From contig JBMYOQ010000083.1 of the NCBI GenBank assembly GCA_049599475.1, positions 1 to 16,283 on the forward strand: a stretch of 16,283 bases of DNA, given 5' to 3'. The translations under genes and the position numbers were made by a program. Within the stretch, counting starts at the first letter, position 1, and each line of letters starts with the position of its first letter. The notes beneath the pieces are model-generated. The model made no database searches and had not been told where the DNA came from. It worked only from the letters and a program-made list of their open reading frames with translations. Source of the stretch: Opitutales bacterium. Its GTDB lineage: Bacteria; Verrucomicrobiota; Verrucomicrobiia; Opitutales; JABSRG01. Shown here one piece after another: positions 7,331-14,166 of the stretch.

Positions 7331-8608
7331 TTAGAATGAGAGGGTGCTCTTGAAAACGAAGTACTCCCATGAGTCGTTGGCACTCAAATCTACACCTCGA
7401 ACCGACTGGCCAATGAGCGTGGTGCCATCCATAGCGTGTGCTTCGCCTTTAAGAAGTAGGAAATCGGTCAACCAGTAGCTTACCGCTACGGTGAAACCTT
7501 CGGTTTCGTTATTATCCGTTTGGTAATTCCCGTCGTATTCGGAATATTGAATCCCTGCACTGAGTTTATCCGAAAATTGATAGGTGGCCTCCAGGTAGTG
7601 TGCGTGCAGTCTTGCGAGCGGGGCCAGATCACTGCTCGTTGCACCTAAAGCTGGAATGAAGGCGCGTGTATATCCCTCATTTCGCGTAAATTCAGCGCTG
7701 AGAGTCAGATCGTTCCACACATACTCAATAAAACCATAATACATAAGGTAATCATTGTCATAGAGGGACGACTCAGTACCAGCTAATGCAAGATCCCAGG
7801 CTTCTGCTCCGGTCAACCCTGGAACCGGCAAAATCGGCGCAATTGAAGCTCCGATATCGGACGCTCTTGCGAGGTCGGTCCCCGTAAGGTTATTCGTATA
7901 CTCGAGCGATCCGGTTACTTCGAAGTCCGGATAGTAAACGAAGGAAGCTCCAATTTTGAGTCCGTCAATCGGAGTGCTCCATGCGCCCCATGCGGCATAA
8001 TTTAAATTCGAATTTTTGAGACCATTGTAGGTCGTGAAATCGTTGAAAGAATTCAAGATCATATAGCTATCCGCAGGGATACTATCTACGAATCCTGCAT
8101 TTAGTCGGTATTCGAATGCTCCCAAGGCACCCAGTTCTATATTCCCGCCTATTGCGATGCCATCCAGGCTCGCGGTGATCGGCCGAAGAGATCGACCATA
8201 CGCGACCAACGAAGGCGATGCGAAGGTTCTCACGACATCCAAGTCCTGCGTATGGTTATGCAGTCCGTTATAGAGCTTATTACGGCCTAGGGACACTCCA
8301 AATTCAGGTCGATATTGATAGCTCACTCCGCCCCAATCTAGGGCAATATCGGAGACGCCATCCAAGGTATATGCATACAGCTGCGCGCCCACCTGAACGC
8401 CGTTATCAAACTGATACATCCCGTTGTAGATAAACTCGACGATGCTCAGATCCAGACTGTCTGCCTCTTCAGAGTAAAAAGCGTAATCTGTCGAATAGGA
8501 TACAGTAGTACTCAAGGTCCCACTGAAGTAGATGTCATCTAGCTCAATTGCATTGACAAACGTAGACACAGACAAGGCTGCGGCCGTGGTAATAGCAGAT
8601 TTTTTCAT
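7331..8608 (-). CDS. Outer-membrane porin-like beta-barrel protein, copy B (425 aa)
   Basis: Start reassigned to the ATG at 8608 (MKKSAITTAAALSVSTFVNA signal peptide, then IELDDIYFSG as in copy A). C-terminal YFVFKSTLSF beta-signal. Confidence 0.8.
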   Translation of the reverse strand: MKKSAITTAAALSVSTFVNAIELDDIYFSGTLSTTVSYSTDYAFYSEEADSLDLSIVEFIYNGMYQFDNGVQVGAQLYAYTLDGVSDIALDWGGVSYQYRPEFGVSLGRNKLYNGLHNHTQDLDVVRTFASPSLVAYGRSLRPITASLDGIAIGGNIELGALGAFEYRLNAGFVDSIPADSYMILNSFNDFTTYNGLKNSNLNYAAWGAWSTPIDGLKIGASFVYYPDFEVTGSLEYTNNLTGTDLARASDIGASIAPILPVPGLTGAEAWDLALAGTESSLYDNDYLMYYGFIEYVWNDLTLSAEFTRNEGYTRAFIPALGATSSDLAPLARLHAHYLEATYQFSDKLSAGIQYSEYDGNYQTDNNETEGFTVAVSYWLTDFLLLKGEAHAMDGTTLIGQSVRGVDLSANDSWEYFVFKSTLSF

Positions 8609-8705
8609 GTGTAGTTTTCGGGTTTCAATTACCGATTCCCCAAAAGGCACACGCGAAACATAAAAGTACAACGCAAAACAACTCAGGAGAAACGAATCGA
8701 TATCT

Positions 8706-8732
8706 AATTCGCAATTAGGCACTCCAACTTTA
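8706..8732 (-). promoter_or_regulatory. Candidate sigma28-like promoter of the porin operon
   Basis: Minus strand TAAAG-N14-TGCGAATT. The -35 TAAAGTT matches the FliA consensus well, the -10 only partly. Confidence 0.25.
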
Positions 8733-8939
8733 GAAATATCGTCGGTTTTTAGTAAAATTTTCTCATTTTCAAAAATAAGAGCTCATGACCAATGCCGGGG
8801 CGCCTCTCTTTGCACGCACTGAGCAGCCCAGCACCACTGACCTCAAACCGATTTAAGCGCTCGAACCCCAAAATCACCCATGCTCCATCGTTCGAGGCCC
8901 TCCAATAATAATATAACGGTCTCAAACTTAAGTTTTCCT

Positions 8940-8966
8940 TCAAGTCGTATCAGCTTTGAGCGAACT
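8940..8966 (+). promoter_or_regulatory. Candidate sigma28-like promoter of the chemoreceptor gene
   Basis: TCAAG-N14-AGCGAACT, 48 nt before the ATG at 9015. Same geometry as the motif at 8706-8732. Confidence 0.25.
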
Positions 8967-9014
8967 ATGACGGGTGAACGTAGAAACGAATTTTAGCTGC
9001 CCTCAATAACAAGA

Positions 9015-10481
9015 ATGAAACGCAAATACAGTATTTCTGCCAAGATTGGCTTCGTTACCTTCATCCTTGTCGGTGCGTTTGCATCTACCGTAGCGATCAA
9101 CGTGCAAAATAGCAGAAGCCAAAGCACAGAGCTTGATGTCGTTGCCAATGCTATGGTTCCGGCGGCACTTGAGGCACAATCAGCCGCATACAATTACGAA
9201 AAAACCCTCAAACTCTTCGAAGAAGCAGTTCTGAACGGAGAAGAAAGCAATTTAGATCTCGTAGACGAACAATGCTCAATTGTAGCGGAGAAACTCATTC
9301 ACCTCTCGAACCGCCTACAAGACGTGAACGAGGGGGTAAGCCACATTGTAGCTGCTGCAGATGATGCTAAACTATACGCCGGCGAGGCGCGGACACTGTT
9401 TAACTTGCTTTCCGAAAAAGGCTTCGGCGACCCAGAGGTGACCGAAGCCTTTACCGCATTGAATACCCTGGGAGAATCCACAACGCAAAGCCTCTCAGAG
9501 ATTCGAGAGCTCACAGTAAAAAACACTCAGGGACAACTTGAGAGTATCAATCAAACTGCAGAGAGCCTCTGGAAGCTCGGACTGGGCATATTCTTCGGAT
9601 CTTTACTTGTCTCGATGGTCTTCACGATTTTCCTCGTCCGCTCTTCGATCGTAAAGCCCCTGCTCAAGAACAGCATCGGTCTAGACGAACGCACCGTAGA
9701 CATTCGCAATGCGGCAGACCATTTCAAGCACGCCAGCGAAGCCATCTCTGCCGGAGCTCACAAATCAGCCATGCTCCTTGAGGAAAGCTCCAGCGCCCTG
9801 AGCCAGATGACGAGCCTCACCGAGTCGAACGCCGAACGCGCGATGAATACCAAAAAGATGGCCCAAGACGCACGCTAAGCCGCAGACTCCGGCACGGAAT
9901 CAATGACAGAGTTATCCTCTGCAATGCAGGCCATCCTTCAATCCAGCGAGAACATTTCAAAAATCATCAACTCAATTGATGAAATTGCCTTTCAAACCAA
10001 TATCCTTGCCTTAAATGCTGCCGTAGAAGCGGCCCACGCCGGCGAGTCTGGCGCTGGATTCGCCGTAGTCGCTGAGGAGGTAAGAAATCTTGCTCAACGT
10101 TCGACCCAAGCCGCGGCAGATACAAAATCGCTCGTCGAGCAAGCAGTAGCGCGCAGCACCGAAGGCTCGAAGATTTCCGAGCGCGTAGAGAACGACCTCG
10201 AAGCCATCGTGAGCGCAGTGCGTGAGGTAGATCAAGAGATCGCCCAGATTTCAGTGGCATGCAACGAGCAGTCTCAGGGAATCGCTCAAGTATCTGGGGG
10301 CCTCGACCAACTGGAGAGCATGACCAAAGACAATTCGGACCTAGCCAATAGAACCACCGAGGGGGCAACCGAACTGACCTCTCATACAGATTCGCTTTCG
10401 GAAATTTCAGTGTCTCTCAATACTTTGACCCGAGGCAGCAGAGCCGAGCGCTCAAAACCAGTCGAAGAGCCTGAAGCCTAG
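9015..10481 (+). pseudogene. Methyl-accepting chemotaxis protein interrupted by one in-frame TAA at 9876-9878
   Basis: TM1 (IGFVTFILVGAFASTVAI), periplasmic helical domain, TM2 (LGLGIFFGSLLVSMVFTIFLV), and signalling hairpin [43 protein letters not shown]. The two ORFs are in frame ([14 protein letters not shown]) and would give 488 aa if read through. Confidence 0.9.
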
Positions 10482-10520
10482 TTTCAAGATCTAGCTCCTA
10501 AGCACTCCTAGCCTTCCGGG

Positions 10521-11201
10521 CTAAGCCGCTTCATTCGGATTCTCTTTCCCGGCATCAGCTTGGATGATCCGCGAAACAGGATATGCGGCAAACATCCCAA
10601 CAACTGGCGCGAGGATATAGATCCATAAATCCCCTAAGTTTCCTGATACAAGGGCGGGACCCATAGAACGTGCGGGATTCATCGAAGCCCCTGTCATCGG
10701 TCCACCAAACATGGCGTCTAAGCCGACCGTACCACCGACTGCAACTCCGGCCATAATCCCCTTCTCCATGTGTGCGGTGGATACATTGAAAATCACAAAC
10801 ATCAGGATGAAAGACAGGAGCACTTCCATCAAAAATGTCTGCCAGAGTCCGGCATTCGGTAGAGTCGCCCCCAATGTTGGGTCTTCTGGAAACATTAGCT
10901 TTAAAAAGCCAGCACCGGCGATAGCGCCCAGAACTTGAGAAATCAAATACCCTGGGACCAGGCGTCCCTCAAAATCTTTCGACAGCCAAAAGGTCAAGGT
11001 GACCGCGGAGTTCATATGCGCTCCCGAGACATTCCCTATTGAATATATCAGGACCATCACCACCAGTCCCCAAGCGAGTGCCACGCCGGAATGCCCAAGC
11101 GCACCGTCAAAGGCGTTATTCGCGACAATGGCTCCGCAGCCTGCAAAGATGAGGATGAAAGTCCCGAAGAATTCGGCGATGTATTTACTTTTGTCAGTCA
11201 T
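10521..11201 (-). CDS. MIP-family channel, NIP-like aquaglyceroporin; probable arsenite channel
   Basis: AEFFGTFILIFAGCG, SGAHMNSAVT (NSA in loop B), GASMNPARS. Last gene of the ars operon. Confidence 0.92.
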   Translation of the reverse strand: MTDKSKYIAEFFGTFILIFAGCGAIVANNAFDGALGHSGVALAWGLVVMVLIYSIGNVSGAHMNSAVTLTFWLSKDFEGRLVPGYLISQVLGAIAGAGFLKLMFPEDPTLGATLPNAGLWQTFLMEVLLSFILMFVIFNVSTAHMEKGIMAGVAVGGTVGLDAMFGGPMTGASMNPARSMGPALVSGNLGDLWIYILAPVVGMFAAYPVSRIIQADAGKENPNEAA

Positions 11202-11220
11202 AGCAAAATCGTTCCTGGCA

Positions 11221-12177
11221 TCAAGAGAGCAAAGGTGCCAGCGCGTTCAAGAGATAGCCCGTACCTATTATTGCGAGCGTCGTAATCGCAAAATACAATG
11301 CGATCAAAGGTAACAACATCACCCGGCGCAGCATAATCGCTTCCGGCAGACTCAAGGCAGACATTGCCATCATAAAGGCCAAGGCAGTCCCGAGAGGTAT
11401 TCCTTTTTCAAACAGGACCGCAGCGATCGGCACAATTGTCGCACAACTCCCATACATAGGCACCCCGAGAACAGTAGCTAGGGGCACGGAGAAGACTCCC
11501 GTAGCCTGCATCATTCCATGTATAAATTCTTCCGGTACAAAATTATGAATCAAAGCACCTGCGCCCACGCCCACGATCACCCAGATCCAGACCTGTTTCA
11601 CAACAGATACAGACTCATCGAATCCGGCCTTCAAACGCCCAAACAAAGTATATCGATGGTCCTCGGGCACTGGCTCGGCACCTGAAGTAATGTCCTTCTC
11701 CAGCATACGCTCGAGGCCCATTTTACCCAGAATCGCTCCGGCCAAAGTTCCGATGGTCAATCCACTCGCGACATAGGCTACCGTAATAGGGACACCAAAT
11801 TCACCCGCCATCAAAATCACCAGATATTCATTAATGATCGGCGAAGTGACTAGAAACGAAAAGGTCACCCCCAAAGGAACACCCGCCTTGAGCAGACTGA
11901 TAAAGAGCGGGATCGAGGAACAAGAGCAAAACGGGGTCACCGCCCCAAATACAGCAGCAAAGAGATTCCCCCATAGTCCACCGCGGCCCATCCATTTTTT
12001 CAAGCGATGCTCAGGCAACCAGGTACGGACAAAGCCGATCACAAACACCATGGTGAACAGCAGAAAAAAGATCTTCAGAACGTCATACACAAAAAAGTGT
12101 AATGCAGCACCGCTACGACTTTCGGGATCCAGCCCCAAGAGTTGGTAGATCAGAATGTTGGCGAGTTTTTCAAACAC
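11221..12177 (-). CDS. arsP: ArsP-like (DUF318) permease
   Basis: Signature [22 protein letters not shown] and LSLPEAIML motifs, multiple TM segments, GTG start, ars context. Confidence 0.85.
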   Translation of the reverse strand: MFEKLANILIYQLLGLDPESRSGAALHFFVYDVLKIFFLLFTMVFVIGFVRTWLPEHRLKKWMGRGGLWGNLFAAVFGAVTPFCSCSSIPLFISLLKAGVPLGVTFSFLVTSPIINEYLVILMAGEFGVPITVAYVASGLTIGTLAGAILGKMGLERMLEKDITSGAEPVPEDHRYTLFGRLKAGFDESVSVVKQVWIWVIVGVGAGALIHNFVPEEFIHGMMQATGVFSVPLATVLGVPMYGSCATIVPIAAVLFEKGIPLGTALAFMMAMSALSLPEAIMLRRVMLLPLIALYFAITTLAIIGTGYLLNALAPLLS

Positions 12178-12194
12178 TGCTTACTTGTTAAAAG

Positions 12195-12326
12195 AAAGGA
12201 TGAAGGATGGTGATTTTCTTTGAAGGGGTTATGCGTCAATCAGTTAATCCGATTTTGTGATATTTTTTAGGATACAAAACTGCAGCAATTACGCTTTCAT
12301 CCCTCATCCTTCATCCCTCATCCTTT
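12195..12326. repeat. Inverted pair of heptamer tandem arrays, (T/C)TCATCC, in an intercistronic spacer
   Basis: AAAGGATGAAGGATG at 12195-12209 and TTCATCC-CTCATCC-TTCATCC-CTCATCC-TTT at 12296-12326. The outer 15 nt are complementary at 14/15 positions. Confidence 0.8.
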
Positions 12327-12336
12327 AAAAAACACC

Positions 12337-12522
12337 TCAGCAGCAACCGCCACCCTTTCCATCAGAGTCGCTACCGCAGCAGCTGTTCTCCGATTGCTCC
12401 TCGGCTTTGGCCTTCATTTTTTCATCGATTTTATTGAGCATTCGCCCAAAGAAACCTTCTTTCTTAGGCTCCTCGGCTTCGGCTCCACAGCATTCATTAT
12501 TTTCTTCTTTTGCAGTAGACAT
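12337..12522 (-). CDS. Small Cys-rich protein (61 aa, three CC pairs) in the ars operon
   Basis: ATG 18 nt after the arsC stop on the same strand. Sequence ECCG...GFFGRMLNKIDEKMKAKAEE...SCCG...GGCC. Confidence 0.75.
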   Translation of the reverse strand: MSTAKEENNECCGAEAEEPKKEGFFGRMLNKIDEKMKAKAEEQSENSCCGSDSDGKGGGCC

Positions 12523-12540
12523 GGTATTGGTTATTAAGGG

Positions 12541-12978
12541 CTATTTGGAAAGATTTTCGCGGTATCCGCTTACATATGCACCGAAGACCTTGGCAATCTC
12601 GTCCCGGATACGTTGAAAGGCCTGAAGCTCCGTTTCGTCGGCTCGAATAGCCTTGGGTGGATCTTCAAAGCCCCAGTGGTAACGGTTCACCATCCCCGGG
12701 AACATCGGACACGCGTCGTCGGCGTTTCCGCACACGGTAATGACGGTGTGAATACCCGCTTCCAAAAATTGATCGAGATGCTTGGACGTATGACCCGAGA
12801 CATCGATCCCAATTTCCTTCATGGCCTCTATGGCCATAGGGTGCACGTATCCCGCAGGCTTGGACCCCGCGCTGTGCACCTCAAAGAGGTCGCCCGCGAT
12901 ATCGCGCAAAATACCCTCAGCCATATGACTGCGGCACGAGTTTCCTGTGCAAAGAATTAAGACTTTTAATTTGCTCAT
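12541..12978 (-). CDS. arsC: Arsenate reductase, LMW-PTP fold (thioredoxin-coupled type)
   Basis: CTGNSCRS P-loop, ITVC...ACP resolving cysteines, HWGFEDP. Start at ATG 12978 (MSKLKVL). Confidence 0.93.
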   Translation of the reverse strand: MSKLKVLILCTGNSCRSHMAEGILRDIAGDLFEVHSAGSKPAGYVHPMAIEAMKEIGIDVSGHTSKHLDQFLEAGIHTVITVCGNADDACPMFPGMVNRYHWGFEDPPKAIRADETELQAFQRIRDEIAKVFGAYVSGYRENLSK

Positions 12979-12988
12979 AATAAAAAAG

Positions 12989-13396
12989 CTAACACCCATC
13001 CGAGCAGCATGCGGCGCGGCTCTGGCTGGCTATAAATTCAAGGGGGTCATCTTGCGAATCTGAGATACGCATCAAAATCGCATCTCGGCGGACTCGATCG
13101 TTCTTCAAGGTCTCAGAGACATCTGAATCAGCCTGAAGCGCAATAAGGATAGATTTCACCAATACACTCTCAGGCTCTGCCAATGAATACACCATCCACT
13201 GCGCCTTCCGTTCACTCTTCAGAACACCCTGCTCCTTAAGATACCGAAGCTGCTTGGAGACTTTCACCTGCTCCGCCTCGATGATCTCCTCAAAGTGACA
13301 CACGCACAGAGGCCCCGCATCCAAGGCACTGACAATCCGCAGCCGATGCAGATCGCTCAAAGCTTTGAATAGAGAAACACTTTCCATATCCTGCAT
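12989..13396 (-). CDS. arsR: ArsR/SmtB-family repressor (start may be 13387)
   Basis: [17 protein letters not shown] metal site, [13 protein letters not shown]-terminal CCSDGC. Confidence 0.92.
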   Translation of the reverse strand: MQDMESVSLFKALSDLHRLRIVSALDAGPLCVCHFEEIIEAEQVKVSKQLRYLKEQGVLKSERKAQWMVYSLAEPESVLVKSILIALQADSDVSETLKNDRVRRDAILMRISDSQDDPLEFIASQSRAACCSDGC

Positions 13397-13422
13397 ATTC
13401 CTTTTTAAGCATATGCAGTCAA
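13391..13422 (-). promoter_or_regulatory. ars promoter/operator
   Basis: Perfect 8-bp inverted repeat CTGCATAT-N12-ATATGCAG (13391-13418) overlapping a minus-strand -35 TTGACT (13417-13422) and a candidate -10 GAATAT (13395-13400). Confidence 0.7.
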
Positions 13423-13574
13423 GTGATTATTCCTAAATCCTAATATCTTGGGAAAATTTCGCAAAATTCGCCTAATTCAAAAACAATAACGTAACTAAAG
13501 TTGAATTCTTCCGAGGTGCACATATGGGTGAAACCCGAAACTTGAGTCCCAGACTCATCAACCCGATCAACTAC

Positions 13575-13952
13575 ATGAAAAAAGTAATCCTACTCCTCAG
13601 CGCCCTCGCCTTCTTGGCTCTTGGCTCTTTGAACGCCGATCACCACAAGGGTGATCTTGCTCCTAGCACACTGATCCACGTCGTAACGGTTACCTGGAAG
13701 CCAGAAGCGACAGAAGCCCAGATCCAAGCAGCTCTCGACGGAGTGAAGACTCTCGGTAAAGAGTTCGACGGCATCACACGTGTTTGGACGAAGACCGTAA
13801 AAGCACAAGGCGATCGCACTCACGCTTTCGTCATGGAGTTCAAAAGCGAAGCGGCCCTCAAAGAATACGCGGGCAGCGACGCTCAAAAGAAGTGGTATGA
13901 AGTCTACATCCCATACCGCAAGCGCAGCACCACTTTCGACATCACGAACTAA
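13575..13952 (+). CDS. Secreted Dabb-like (stress-responsive alpha/beta barrel) protein
   Basis: Signal peptide MKKVILLLSALAFLALGSLNA, then LIHVVTVTWKPEATEAQI...THAFVMEFKSEAALKEY. Start reassigned to 13575. Confidence 0.8.
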   Translation: MKKVILLLSALAFLALGSLNADHHKGDLAPSTLIHVVTVTWKPEATEAQIQAALDGVKTLGKEFDGITRVWTKTVKAQGDRTHAFVMEFKSEAALKEYAGSDAQKKWYEVYIPYRKRSTTFDITN

Positions 13953-13984
13953 TCCTATCCCGATAGGCTAAAAGTTCTCTTTAC

Positions 13985-14017
13985 AGCCCTGTATCCATGA
14001 CGGATACGGGGCTTTTT
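13985..14017 (+). terminator. Rho-independent terminator
   Basis: AGCCCTGTATCC-ATGAC-GGATACGGGGCT-TTTT: 12-bp stem with one U-G pair. Confidence 0.88.
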
Positions 14018-14166
14018 ATTGCAATGCGCTCAGAATACGTGCCTGACTCCCCCTCAATCCAAAAATTATGTCCTAAGCACTCACACAGGTGCTATTTCTT
14101 ATGACATCAAAATCCAGCGCCTAAACGTTACATCAACTTATGGCGCCCCTCCCAACACACTCAACG

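Noticed and set aside
8711..8727. Sigma54 promoter TTGGAGTGCCTAATTGC on the minus strand
   Set aside because: GG and GC are 11 nt apart instead of the required 10, and the -24 context is not TGGCAC.
9876..9878. Programmed recoding (Sec/Pyl or alternative genetic code) at the MCP internal stop
   Set aside because: The codon is TAA, not TGA or TAG, and TAA is a normal stop for hpf, both porins, the Dabb gene and the fucosidase in this window.
12296..12326. CRISPR array
   Set aside because: These are 7-nt tandem units with no spacers, and there are no cas genes. The repeats at 16238-16282 are likewise separated by only 4 nt.
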